Assembly (NCBI RefSeq): GCF_009914755.1
Contig: NC_060934.1
Strand: one strand, 5' to 3'
From: the human T2T-CHM13v2.0 reference genome, Homo sapiens
DNA: 64,000 nt
Both the position numbers and the translations under genes were made by a program. The notes below the pieces were generated by a model that made no database searches, was not told the origin of the DNA, and saw only the letters and a program-made list of their open reading frames with translations. Within the stretch, counting starts at the first letter, position 1, and each line of letters begins with the position of its first letter. Shown here piece by piece: positions 28,202 through 41,218 of this stretch.

Positions 28202-29529
28202 TTAGACTAATCTGTGTCATCCCCAAATCTGTGCTACTTACACTCGCACCACCCTGCCTGCCTCTCTATATATTTTGATTTACCCTCCCTAGTAAGATGT
28301 TGTAAGTTGTTTCTGAAATAGTCTCGGAAAGATTCTTTGACTTTTTATACAGTGGTATCACTAGCACACAACATTGTTTAATATGACAACACACAGAGAA
28401 ATTTCAACATCCCTTATAGCAAATATTTCATTGTGCTTGGGTGAAAAGCTAAAAAATAATAGCTCAAGTCTATCAATTTACTACCTGACCTAATATGTCC
28501 TAATCTTCAGTGTTCTGTAATTTGCATTCTCACCTTTCAATAAGGGAAATAGATCAGTAACCTAAATAGTGTGATTTTTGTTTATGGAATTATTGAACTT
28601 TCTGAAACATAGCAAGATTTCAGTTGATTTAAAAAGTAACAGGATGGTGTAATAAAAGCTGAGTGCATACTTTAAAAACACATCTTGGCAGTAGTGATAA
28701 GTCTTACTCTGTAAGTGAAGCTGCTGAACTTTGCCTGTGGTGTCATCCAGCAGCAGGATTCTGAGGAGTTAACCCTGGAATGTCCTTAGGGACTAACAAT
28801 GGATGGAAGTGGAACAGAACTCAGTTGCAACCATTGTCATGGTATATCCTTGATGGAAGGACGGTGGCTGCCCTCTTTGGCTGAGTTTACAGCTGCAGGA
28901 GGAGTGGGCAAGGAGCCTGGGGCTCGGGCCTGAGCATCAGGTCAACTGAATTGATTCTGATGGTTAATGGGATGCCGCAGCCTCTGTAGTCATCTATTCC
29001 ACAGTTAGCAGGTTTTAACTCAGTGCTACAAAGAGAAGGAGACAATCTTAGGAATCAGGGAAAACCCTTGAGGTGTCAGGGAATCAGAGATTTCAGAGAA
29101 AATATTCTAAAAAAGGTGTACCTCCCCAGAACTTCATGAATGACTTCTAAGCACTTCATGTTCTTTAAAAGTCTAATAATAAAAAAATTACTTCATTGTA
29201 GCAGCAAAGAATCCTGATACTTCCAAAGCTCTATCTTAGTTAATTGCTATTTGGAAATAACCTTGACTGTAAGACAGAATTATAAATTAAGCTCAGTGCA
29301 TCCTCATTTTATTTTATGTACTTCTTTGTTCGTTAAAGCTGGCATTCCTTACAGTTCTATGAGGCAGGTCTTGGTATTTGCATTTGGAGAGGAGAAAGCA
29401 AGTTCAGAGCGTTTGAGTAACTTACCTAAAATCTCTAGTTGAGACGTGTCTCATTTTGAAATCTGTGAAAAACTTTGGTCCTGGAAAACCTACGTAGACC
29501 TTAGTGGGAGGAAAAGAATCTTAAAAAAT

Positions 29530-29642
29530 TAAAAAAGAAAGAAAGCAGAGAAAACCAGAAAGGGGAGGAAGGGAAGAAGGAAGGAAAAAGGGAAGGAAGG
29601 AGGGGAGGAAGGGAGGAAGGAAGGAGGGAGGGAGAGAGAAGC
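29530..29642. repeat. Purine-rich (GGAA/GGAG)n tract
   Basis: Directly visible. Confidence 0.92.
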
Positions 29643-29880
29643 AGTAAACTATTTTTGCCATTATGGTGAATTTGGTAATATAAAATATTTTATCATTAAA
29701 TGCCTGTGTAGGGGGCACTTTGCCAAATGTTAGAAATATAAAGTGTTACAAACCCCCCTGCATCTGAGATCATAATTGGGCATCAGAACCCTGATGCTCG
29801 GTTCTGAGTGCCTTCTGTGAGCACGGCAGGCCTTCAGCAGGCACCTGTCAAGTGAATTCTACTTCATATATTTAATGCAG

Positions 29881-30080
29881 GGCGAAAGCCAGGGTGTGTT
29901 GCCATGAGAACCGGGATTGCAGGGGGCTTATGGGATGTTTTGAAATGTGATGAAAAGGCAAAATTTGTGTGCAAGCACTGGGCAGAAGGAGTAACCCACC
30001 CACCGAAGCCCACGACGACTCCCGAACCCAAATGTCCGGAGGATTGGGGCGCCAGCAGTAGAACAAGCTTGTGTTTCAAG
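29881..30080 (+). CDS. MRC1: MRC1 exon 12 (200 nt), end of CTLD3, Pro/Thr linker, start of CTLD4
   Basis: cag|GG..AAG|gtgagt; (G)RKPGCVAMRTGIAGGLWDVLKCDEKAKFVCKHWAEGVTHPPKPTTTPEPKCPEDWGASSRTSLCFK. Confidence 0.97.
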
Positions 30081-30337
30081 GTGAGTATCAGTTATAAAGC
30101 TGGTAAGAGAATCTGGAGTATGCTTCAGCCTAAAGAATCATCTAAGGACATAGAAAACAAACAAAAACCAAAACACTCTGCCCAGACTCTACCATAGGTA
30201 TTTAGAAATTCTGATTTGATTAACCCGGGGATCAATTGTTTAAGAGCTCCTTGGGTAGATGTATTTAGACCCACAAATACAACCAACAACATAAACACAA
30301 CTCACAGAAGTTTTTTCTCACCTGCTCTGCCGCTATC

Positions 30338-30760
30338 ACCTCCTCTCTGCTTCTCTCCTTTCTCCCAGGCCTTCTAGATCTGCCTCCCTCCATTCCCCCC
30401 TTGCCCTCTTCCTCCTTCCCTTCCTTACCCCCTTACCCTCCCTTCCTCCCTTCCTCCTTTCCTCCCTCCCTTCCTCTGTTCCTTCCTTCCTCCTTTCCAT
30501 CTTTTCTCCCTTCCTCCTGTCTTCCCTCCCTCCTCCTTCCTCCATCCTCCCTCCTCTCTCCCCCTTCCCCCTTTCCCCTTCCTCCTCCTCCTCTTCTTCT
30601 TCCTTCTTTCTTCGTTCCTTCTTCCTTCTTCCTCCTTCCTTCTTCTTCTTCTTCCTCCTCCTCCTCTTCTTCTTCTCCTTCTCCTTCTTCTTCTTCTTCT
30701 TCTTCTCCTTCTTCTCCTTCTTCTTCTTCTTTTCTCTCTCTCTCCTTCTCTTTCTTTCTC
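30338..30760. repeat. About 420-nt polypyrimidine tract (CCTT/CCT/CTT), expanded tail of the adjacent Alu
   Basis: Directly visible; abuts a reverse Alu. Confidence 0.95.
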
Positions 30761-30761
30761 C

Positions 30762-31040
30762 AGTGGGGTCGTGCTCTGTCATCTAGGCTGGAATACAGTA
30801 ATACAGTCATGGCTCACTGCAGCCTCAAACATCTGGGCTCAAGTGCTCCTCCCACCTAAGCCTCCCAAGTAGCTACAGATATGCACCACCATGCCTAGCT
30901 AATTTTTAAAATCTTATTTTATGTAAAGATGGGGTCTCACTATGTTGCCCAGGCTAGTCTCAAACTCCTCGTGTCAATTGATCCTCCCACATAGACTCCA
31001 AAAGCTCTGGAATTATAGGCATGAGCCAGTGCACCCAGCC
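30762..31040 (-). mobile_element. Alu (AluJ-like)
   Basis: Diverged reverse Alu. Confidence 0.92.
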
Positions 31041-31512
31041 TCTTTTCGTCTTGATAGAAATTTCTGTTTCCTGTCACGCTGTTGTATTCCAATTCATTTT
31101 TTTCCCATGCTCTTAGAGCCCAAGTTTTAGCTAACAAAATTGATAAAGTATTCTACAGTAATGCCACATAAGTATTCTAAAGAGAGTCCTCCCTTTTTCT
31201 GATGTAACCCCGATGATTATAATGATGGGTGAGGAAAGGAAATGATAGGTTGGGGCACATGGCTTTTCAGTGCCCATTAAATGACAATTCAATATTCTAC
31301 CACTATTTAATACATTCATAGTTTAGGCCATTCATTTTCTCCTTATGCAATCAAATTCACTGAAGCAAACAAACAGACAAAAAAAGAAACCCAGAAAATA
31401 ACAAACAAAAACCCCAATGAATTAAGGATTATGGTCTTTTACACTCTCTCTTTTATAAGTCACATCCTTTCTGGAGAAAATTAGCCTTAGCCAAATACAG
31501 AAATGTACCTAC

Positions 31513-31892
31513 TGTGTTAGTCTGTTCTCACACTGCTATAAAGTTACTACCCAAGACTGGGTAATTTAAAAAGGAAAGAGGTTGAATTGTCTCCCAGCTC
31601 CACATGGCTGGGGAGGCCTCAGGAAATTACAATCATGGTGGAAGGGGAAGCAGGCACCTTGTTCACAAGGTGGCAGGACAGAGAAGAGCATTTGAGAGTG
31701 TAGGAGAAGCTACCACTTATAAAACCATCAGATCTTCTGAGAACTCATTCACAAGAACAGCATGGGGGAAACTGCCTTCATGCTCCAATCACTTCCCTCC
31801 CTCAATGTGGGGATTACAGGTCCCTCCTTCAACATGTGGGGATTACAATTTGAGATGAGATTTGGGTGGGGACACAGAGTCAAACCCTGTTA
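31513..31892 (-). mobile_element. MaLR solo LTR (MST-type)
   Basis: tgtgttagtctgttctcacactgctataaag...gatttgggtggggacacagag; perfect 5-bp TSD cctac. Confidence 0.92.
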
Positions 31893-33564
31893 CCTACCTA
31901 CTGCTTAATGATACTGTTTTCTAATAGTCCTGCTCTCTGTACTTCTTTTATTCAATCTCTTTGAATGGCATATGGCCATGACATGCCCTGTAAGACAGTT
32001 TGGCAAGACTGGTGAGGAATTTGCATCAGGATGACGCTGTGCAGTCTCTTCTAACTCAAGAGGAGTATGGATAATTGAGCTGGTCACTCCCACTAATAGA
32101 AATAGGAATACAGGAAGTCTTCAATCCAGATTGGCCATCAGATCTAATAACATAATTTACATAGAAGGCGATGTATTGGGCTAAGACAGAAGAGGTTTGT
32201 AAATGGATTATTTGAGGACTAACACAAAGAAAATCAAGTATTTTATTGTTACCTCTGGAAACTTTTGAGTTACTACACAAAGGCCAGATTCATCTTATTC
32301 CTAGCCTTCGCCTGAGGATGTTAGGCGATGGAGATTTATTGCAGTTTTCTGAGAGAATCAGCAGTTTTACCCAGAGCAGAGAAGGGTATCAGGGGCTTCA
32401 GTAGGGAGAATTTTCGGGTGGATGTTCAACAAATCAAAATATGTGCTTGACTAGAAATTAGGTGGTTTTACAGGTACTTGGGGTAGGGTTTGTTTGGAAA
32501 TATATAGACCACCTTTATAAAGATTAAGATGTGAGATTTATTAATGAAATTCAGCTGATAGTAAATTTAGTTAAGAAAATAAAATCTTATATCACAGTCT
32601 AGCAAGTTGAGGCATCATAGGAGTCTGGGATATACTGATGTGGATATTTACTTAAACACCTTTGTCCACATAGCTTGAGTCAAGTTAGGGTCAAGGTGAA
32701 GGTTGTCTTCGGCTGCTTAATGACAACTTGGGCAACCATAGTGCCTTGGAAGCAAATTTTTTTTCCCAGAAGGCTGTGATGTGGGAATGATGAGGAGTAA
32801 CGCATGAGAATTAGAAAAGTCAATGGCCACGATTACCTCCTTTCTATTTGCATACTGGTGGGTGTGTCCCAGACCGTCACTGTTGACTGCATTTCACTAT
32901 TCTCTGCAGTCCTCTGGATATTATGACACAATTCCTAAATCATATAATCTTTTAAATTTAATTTTGCTCAGAACTCCCTGCCAGATGGTTGTCTGTGTTT
33001 GCATGTGCTTCAGTAGTTGTTAAGATGTACAACCATAATGAAAAATACAAGGCGGTATTGAAGGACATTACCAACAAAATATTGAAACATTGCCAGGTTA
33101 TTCATTGTTTAAGCTGAACACACTAACAAACTGTGCACAATTTTAGAAAAGTTATTTTCCTTCAAATTCTTCTTCTTCATGTTTACTTTATCTGTATCAA
33201 AAGTGTCTTTCATTTCTTTCCATCTCAATGCCACTTTTTACACTTAACCAAATTAATCTTGTCTTCCACGAAGAGCTGTATACATAACCCATATGCCTAA
33301 AGCTCCTAAGATTTTCATCTAATTTCTCTTGTGCTATAAAATAATTTTATTTTCTAAGGTTTTCTCAATAAAAGAATCCCCCAAGTTTTGTTACCCAACT
33401 ATTCACTCATAAACTGATTTTAAAGCAAAAGAATTACATTGTTTTGAGTCATTACACTGTTTTGTTTTTCTGTAAATGAACTCTCATCAAAAGTAAATAT
33501 TTGTTTCTCTTAATTTGATAAACTACAAAGCATAAAATAATTTTTGTAACCATATCATCTTCAG

Positions 33565-33692
33565 CTGTATGCAAAAGGAAAACATGAGAAGAAAACGTGG
33601 TTTGAATCTCGAGATTTTTGTCGAGCTCTGGGTGGAGACTTAGCTAGCATCAATAACAAAGAGGAACAGCAAACAATATGGCGATTAATAAC
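33565..33692 (+). CDS. MRC1: MRC1 exon 13 (128 nt), CTLD4
   Basis: cag|CTG..AAC|gtaagt; LYAKGKHEKKTWFESRDFCRALGGDLASINNKEEQQTIWRLI(T). Confidence 0.96.
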
Positions 33693-34166
33693 GTAAGTGG
33701 TATTTTTATGGATTCCTCCTTTTTGTTATCTAGTTGGTGCTTATGAAGTTGAGAAAATTTGTCTGTTTCTGAAATTGTTGTCTCAGGATGCTAGTTTGAG
33801 CACCTGTATCATCTCCCAAATCTGTGGGCCCTGTTTGATCTAGTTTCGCTTTCAAATCCTTTAATTTTATAAGTGTAAATTCTGCTATGACTTGGTCTAT
33901 AAAAGTTCAAGATGCTTAATACGTATTTGTCTTTCAATACGATACCATTATTTACTCTCAGGCAGTGGTCTGTTTTTAAGATATTTATGGGATATACCAA
34001 AATGCACATCTATTGCATAAGTCTTCTATTTAGCTGTTAAATCTCTTTACTTGTGTACTATTAATTTACGTTTTGGAGGTAACTTTCAAATGTGGTTAGT
34101 CCTCATAAGTTACTGAACTTGCTTCATGCAATAGCATATGCTTTCTTTATGTTTTGGATTTCATAG

Positions 34167-34254
34167 AGCTAGTGGAAGCTACCACAAACTGTTTTGGTTG
34201 GGATTGACATATGGAAGCCCTTCAGAAGGTTTTACTTGGAGTGATGGTTCTCCT
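34167..34254 (+). CDS. MRC1: MRC1 exon 14 (88 nt), CTLD4
   Basis: tag|A..CCT|gtgagt; ASGSYHKLFWLGLTYGSPSEGFTWSDGSP. Confidence 0.96.
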
Positions 34255-35300
34255 GTGAGTAATTTTACTTACTATATAACTTTCTTACTTTATCGTGTAT
34301 TTATTTTGATGTTGTCTTTTTTTTTAATGCAAACTTTTAATAAGACAGTTCATTATGATAGCCACTATCCTGCCATGCAAAATTGATGTGCAGGTAAACT
34401 TCCTAAAACTTGCGTGTTTTATACCCTCTTTTAGATCAATAGAAATGGAAACATTTTTGATATTCCCACTAATAATGATTAGGCTTCGTCAGACTTCTCC
34501 ATTTCCAGGAATGAAGAAGTGAGAGATTCTGGCACGTGCTGGCAATATTTAGAAGCCCTAGTCGTCACAAGAAGTGATTTTGTATAATTTCAGTTCTACC
34601 TCTTAATTTCAGTTCTGCCTCCACCAGCAACTTTTCAAGGAACTTGAGTGAGGTGGTTTATTTGATGGCTTCATTGACATTTGGGTTTTATATTTACATC
34701 TCTGGAAAACACATCACCGTGCTTAGTCCAGAACCCCGTGGGTTATGATTCCACACTGAAAACTCCATAGAGGACCTAGACCCAGGGCCTCCGTTTGTTT
34801 CTACTGTTCATTTTGGCAAAGTTTAGTAGCTGTTAGCAATATTTTCTGGGTCTTTTTCTTTTGCAAGAAGAATAAATTGTATTGCTTTATCCTACACATT
34901 TAATAAAGAGAAAACTTCCAATAACGCACTGAAATATTATCCTTTCCATTGGGTTGTAAATTTAGGAACTCCCAACACTGAGAAGTGGAACTTTGTTGCC
35001 AAGTTTTTCCTGTATATAAATCCCCATTTGTGGCCCTTGGATCCATTCTATTTAATAAGAGTAAAGAAAATGTTATAATAATCAATTGTGTACGTTATTC
35101 AACATCACAAGGTTCCATGTAATGAAAGCTGTTTCTTTTCTACTACGTTTGTGAACTGTGCTTTCAAAGCAAAGCTATTGTGAAAAAAAAGTAAATTGAT
35201 AAAACAATGCAAACATATCTTTCGTTTTCTGTTTGGATGAATGATTGGCATTGGCTTGATACAAATGGTTAATGGTTGTAGTTTAATGTTTCTAATATAG

Positions 35301-35445
35301 GTTTCATATGAAAACTGGGCTTATGGAGAACCTAATAATTATCAAAATGTTGAATACTGTGGTGAGCTGAAAGGTGACCCTACTATGTCTTGGAATGATA
35401 TTAATTGTGAACACCTTAACAACTGGATTTGCCAGATACAAAAAG
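35301..35445 (+). CDS. MRC1: MRC1 exon 15 (145 nt), CTLD4 Ca2+/mannose-binding site
   Basis: tag|GTT..AAG|gtatga; VSYENWAYGEPNNYQNVEYCGELKGDPTMSWNDINCEHLNNWICQIQK; EPN at 35328-35336, WND at 35391-35399. Confidence 0.97.
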
Positions 35446-35904
35446 GTATGATCACCTCTTCTCTCCTTTATCTCAGCTTGGTAGACTAACCTCCTGACAC
35501 CCCAGAATCTTTCCTTTATTAGCAGAAGCAAACAAACAAAATAACAAAATCAGGAAACTGTCAGTGGCCATCATTGCATAGGATAAGCATGAAGTTGATA
35601 AGCACAGATAAATGTGCCAAAGGAACAGAGAAGATCAAAAGGCCACCTGGGAGTTCTGGGCAAGAGTCACGTCCTTCCAAATAGTTCCCACGAGCAGCTC
35701 TGATCCTGGCCCAGGTTCCATAGCAGTAGAAGTTTGTGAGTGTCCTATGCTGTCAACAGAATAATGCAAATGCAACTTCTGTTTTGGAATTTTCACCTTC
35801 TGACCTACGTTAATCATCAAATAGTTGAACATTTCCCCAAGTCTGAATATTCTGAGTATTGATTTCTCAGATAAATGTTCCACACAGTGAACAATCACCC
35901 TGGA

Positions 35905-36048
35905 GTGGCCTCTGATGCTATTAGCCCCACCATGTTATTGATGGCCAAACAATACGCATGCTGACAGCCATTATCTGTGGCCTCTGATGCTATTAGCCAA
36001 ACCATGTTATTGATGGTCAAACAATACGCATGCTGACAGCCATTATCT
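35905..36048. repeat. 72-bp direct tandem duplication (2 copies, 69/72 identical)
   Basis: gtggcctctgatgctattagcc...ctgacagccattatct at 35905-35976 and 35977-36048. Confidence 0.97.
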
Positions 36049-37102
36049 GGGACTCAGAAAGTTCTGCATATTCAAGTCAGGCCAGAGGATCCGAGTTCTA
36101 ATGTTAAGAGAAACCAACACACCAACAAGCAAATAAACAAACCTACCCTTGAACCAAAATATACATCAATACCTCCGTTGCAAATGGATAAATGGAACTG
36201 CATTGCCCTCTGCTGTTGGGGAATCTTGGCAACCATTTCAACTCTATGGCTGGAGATGACTTACTGCTCTGTTTATTTTCCATCCTCCTGCTTAGATTAT
36301 TGCTTTCAAAGTTTCCAGAATAGAAGAAGTCAGTGGTGGCCAGTTGTCCTTTAATGGTCTCTTATCTACCAATGGCTAGTATCCTTTTTGCATTATCGTA
36401 GCTCTACTCTTGTAGATGTTAAATTCATTAACCCAAAAGCTAGGTAACCTGAGTCCCTTTATCAGCTTTCAACAAAATCCAGATATATCATTAACTAATT
36501 GGAAAGAAAAATATTTCATTTAACTTTTAGTAAGCCATACATTTAAGAAAAATAGATTTTCTTAAGAAAATACATTTTCTATTTTATAAATAAATAGTTC
36601 ACATTTAATCGTTTCAAATCATGAAATCATAAGTCATTTCACAGATTATAAGATGTCTGGAAAATGAACAGCTGTTAAACACCTATTACATACCAATAAC
36701 TCACATATTTTCACAAACTAATCTATTTGGTTTAGTTGACAAAATTAAGGCTAAATGATTTAAACCCAGGCTTGGGATTTGAAGCTAGGCTTTCTGATTC
36801 TAAAACTCATGATCTTTTTTTTTTTCCTTTATATAATGCTACTTGTGCCTGAAAACTGTGGTGGTTGTAATTTCTGTTGGCTATTATTGCACCTAATTTG
36901 TTTAATTCTTCACTTCTTATTCTCTTTTCCTTCATTCTGCCCTCCACAACATGACGTGCAAATAGGAGAAAGAAAGGGAAGGGAAAAAAGAGAACAACTA
37001 AGTTTTTAGCAATATTGACTCATGAAAATAGTGACAATAGAAGGAAATGTAATTAGCAGAAGTTTAAGTACACTTTATTTCTATTTTTCTCTTGTTTTAC
37101 AG

Positions 37103-37144
37103 GACAAACACCAAAACCTGAGCCAACACCAGCTCCTCAAGACA
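37103..37144 (+). CDS. MRC1: MRC1 exon 16 (42 nt, phase 1-1), CTLD4-CTLD5 linker
   Basis: cag|GA..ACA|gtaggt; (G)QTPKPEPTPAPQD(N). Confidence 0.93.
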
Positions 37145-37401
37145 GTAGGTGTTTTCTTATTTTCTGATCTCTGTACTGATAACCCTTTCTCCGCCTCTTT
37201 CCTTTCTCAATGAAAAAATTACTTGCCCTAGGAAGGTAGAGAGCAGAAGTCCTTAATAACCTTTGAGTGAGAACGTCATGGAAATTTGGGTCTTCCTCTC
37301 CAGAGAGAAGCTCATATGCCCAAACATAAGGCATGTTAATACAGTTTCTCAAGGGTTCATGAATCAATTCCAAGGTCCCAGGTTCCTTCTTCTTTAGCAC
37401 A

Positions 37402-37903
37402 TATATTAGTGTCCACAGGCTGCTGTAACCAGTTACCAGGAACTTGGTGGCTTAAAATAACATGCAGTTACTCCCTTACAGTTCTGGAAGTCAGAAATCT
37501 GGAATCAATTTCACTGGGCCAAAATCCAGATGTTGGCAGGACCACGCTCCCTTTAGGGGCTCTGAGGGAGATTCTCTTTCCTTGCCTTTTCCAGCATCTA
37601 GAGCTACATTCTATGAACTCATCAGCTCATGACCCATTCCTCCTTCAAAACCAGCAATGTAGCATCTTCTTCCAGTGATCACATTGCCTCCTTCTCTTGT
37701 AGTCAAATCTCCCTCCGCCCCTCTGCATAAGGATACTTGTTACTACATTTAGGGCTCACCTAGATGATCCAAGATAACCCTCCTATCTCAAGATCCTAAC
37801 TTAATCATGTCTATAAAGTCCCATTTTCCATGTAAGCTAACATTCATAGGTTCCAGGGGTTAGGAACTAGATACCTTTGGGAGCTTTTATTCAGCCTACT
37901 GTA
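37402..37903 (-). mobile_element. MaLR solo LTR (MLT1-type)
   Basis: ggtggcttaaaataaca...acagttctggaagtcagaaatc...ttattcagcctactgta; TSD gcac(a/g). Confidence 0.88.
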
Positions 37904-38408
37904 GCACGGAAGTATGGAATTCCATGGGTTGGAGAAAGCCTGAGGGGCCCACTTGATACGTGAATTCCTTGCTTCTACCCTGAAGCACCCAAGTGCATCT
38001 ATTCGAAGTTTTGCTTTTTTTTTTTTCTTATACTGGGGTGAAAGCTGCTTTCTCATAGTTCCCACTCCTTTGATGTAGAAGATTATGGGTGCATTATACA
38101 TAAATCCTCACAGCTATGCTATTGTATTGATGAAAGTGACACCCGGAGTTCTTTTACCCAGTAATGACATATGGAACATAGCTGGGAATACAAAATGGGT
38201 CCTTTTTACCAGATTGGTAGAAAGTGGATATTTGGGCTGGGGTTCAGATGTCTGTATTTGACGTGGACATTCTGCTGTTCTGGTCTCTCAGAGTTGCAGA
38301 TGCCTCTTGATATAGCAGCTCTATCCCTTTCACCTTTGTGTGCTGTACACACCAGATTCTTGAATTTGTCTGCATAAAACTCATTGCCTTTTCTCATTAA
38401 CTTTTCAG

Positions 38409-38572
38409 ATCCACCAGTTACTGAAGATGGGTGGGTTATTTACAAAGACTACCAGTATTATTTCAGCAAAGAGAAGGAAACCATGGACAATGCGCGAGCG
38501 TTTTGCAAGAGGAATTTTGGTGATCTTGTTTCTATTCAAAGTGAAAGTGAAAAGAAGTTTCTATGGAAATAT
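38409..38572 (+). CDS. MRC1: MRC1 exon 17 (164 nt), CTLD5
   Basis: cag|AT..TAT|gtaagg; PPVTEDGWVIYKDYQYYFSKEKETMDNARAFCKRNFGDLVSIQSESEKKFLWKY. Confidence 0.97.
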
Positions 38573-38590
38573 GTAAGGACATCAATCATT

Positions 38591-39357
38591 TTTTAAAATT
38601 TTAATAGTTTTTGGGGAACAGGTGTTGTTTGGTTGTATGGAAAAGTTCTTTAGTGGTGATTTCTGAGATTTTGGTACACCCGTCACCTGAGCAGTATACG
38701 CTGTACTGAATGTGTAGTCTTTTATCCCTCACAACCTTCTTACCTGTCCCTGCATCCCCAAAGTCCATTGTATCATTCTTATGCCTTTGCATCCTCATAG
38801 CTTAGCTTCCACTTATGAGTGAGAACATGAGATGTTTGGTTTTCCATTCCTGAGTTACTTCCCTTAGAATAATGGTCTCCAGTTCCATCCAGGTTGCTGC
38901 AAATGTCATTATTTCATTCCTTTTTATGGCTGAGTAGTATTCCATGGTATGTCTATACCACATTTTCTTTATCCACTCATTGGCTGATGGGCATTTAGGC
39001 TGGTTCCATATGTTTGCAATTGCAAATTGTGCCAATATTATAACGTGTGTGCAAGTGTCTTTTTCATATAATGACTTATTTTCCTCTGGGTAGATACCCA
39101 GTAGTGGGATTGCTGGATCAAATTGTGTTTCTACTTTTAGTTCTTCAAGGAATCTCCATACTGTTTTGCATAGTGGTTGTACTAGCTTACATGCCCACCA
39201 ACAATGTAAAAATGTTTCCTTTTCACCACATCCATGCCAACATCTATTATATTTTGACTTTTTAATTACAGCCATTCTTGCAGGAGTAAAGTGGTGTCAC
39301 ATTGTGATTTTGATTTACATTTCTCTGATAATTTGTGATGTTGAGCATTTTTTCATA
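38591..39357 (-). mobile_element. 5'-truncated L1 (L1PB-like), ORF2 C-terminus plus 3' UTR
   Basis: ORF 38802-39275 reads HCWWACKLVQPLCKTVWRFL..DPAIPLLGIYP, the L1 ORF2p C-terminal domain. Confidence 0.95.
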
Positions 39358-39533
39358 GAACATCATTGATTTAAGGATGGAACAGTGACATGTGATAAAC
39401 AAAGTGTCTACAATTGGTACCCCCTAGTAGAATTTCTAATTATGTGCTGAATTTGCACCTCCAAAGGTCAAGGTAAAGATGGGAATGCAGGAGAAGGAGG
39501 AGGTCATAACACAAGTTATGCCCTATTGTTTAA

Positions 39534-39866
<333 letters not shown>

Positions 39867-40551
39867 TCAGAACCATTTTTTAGCTTGGATTTTGTGAAGA
39901 TCAGTACTTGATGGCTTTGAATTCACTAATTTGAGTTCACTAATTTGATTTGCAAAGATTATAATTCTTAACTAGTTGTTATATGTCAGTCCTGGACCCT
40001 TTGTGTATCATATAGTTTAATTTTTAATTTAAAAATCTGGCTTACATGGCCCAAATTGTTAGCTATATAACAGAGTTTGACTATTTATTATAATCATCTT
40101 TCTTGGTTGTAACAAAATTGTGATACCATTGATATACCTATCACTGAAGGTATAATTTATTTTTTCCAAGAGTGCTTTGCTCAGTATCTTTCTGATTAAA
40201 ATTCTTCATGGCCTCATTGCCAGAGAGGAGGTAACAGAGAGAGCAGGAAAAAATAAGTTGAACAGTACTGAAAGAATAAAAATTCATTTGATTTATAAAG
40301 GTACTAGAGTATACTCTGACTTAACATCATTTTGTGGATATACCTTGCTTTGAAACTCTCAAGATGTTTTCTAATATTGCACAACTATATATATATATTA
40401 TGTATATATATGAAAATCAAATATATCTATATATAGTGAAATGGTACATTATAATGAAATTAATACATTTTGGGGTTCCTTTCCTTGTTCATGAATACAC
40501 ATGTTCTCCCAAGTTTGAAGAACAGATATATCCTCCTGGCTCATACACAGA

Positions 40552-40698
40552 TATAAATTATAATATATATGTAATATATACATAAAATATGTATATAAAA
40601 TAAATACTTAAATAACATGAAATAAATATATGATATATGTAAAATATATATAGAAAATATATGTAATACATGTATAATATATTTTATATTATACATAT
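40552..40698. repeat. AT-rich low-complexity tract
   Basis: Degenerate (TA)n sequence. Confidence 0.85.
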
Positions 40699-41218
40699 CA
40701 ATCCTCTCACCTCAGCCTCCCAAGTAGCTGGGACTACAGGTATGCACCACCATCTCCCACAGGGTGACTATTTTTCATATATATATTTTGTATATATATT
40801 TGACATATAGATTCATTTTACATATAACTGATTATTCTTTTTTATATAAAAAAGAAAAATTTATACACAATTTAATAACTTGAATTTGTAAAGCAAATAC
40901 CTTAAATCATTCTCCATAATGTTAAATGCCTACAGTAGTTACATTGTTGAAGACATTCTTTAAAACCAAGTAGGCAGTCAGGATTGTAGGACTATGCATC
41001 AAATAAAAGACTCCTGCTTTACAAGTTCAAATTATTAAATTGTGTGCATTTTTTTTTATTTCTAGGAAGAACATAATATAGAATGTACTACATTTCTGCA
41101 GAAATTCCTCTCTAGATAAGGTTTCGATTAGGCTGCCTCATTAACATGTATGTTTTGTTTAAGAACTTCCTGATTGTGTGATTCTAAATTAAACTATACG
41201 TAAACTTCCATGTTTCAG

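Noticed and set aside
30336-30859. Long K/E/R-rich and S/P-rich ORFs (148, 152 and 125 aa)
   Set aside because: Translations of a stop-poor polypyrimidine microsatellite; no splice or coding context
32200-32900. Possible old LTR or other element in intron 12
   Set aside because: I could not identify termini, TSD or family by eye; needs RepeatMasker/Dfam
35905-36048. Repeats considered as a CRISPR-like array
   Set aside because: Two contiguous copies without spacers, in a human intron; a simple tandem duplication
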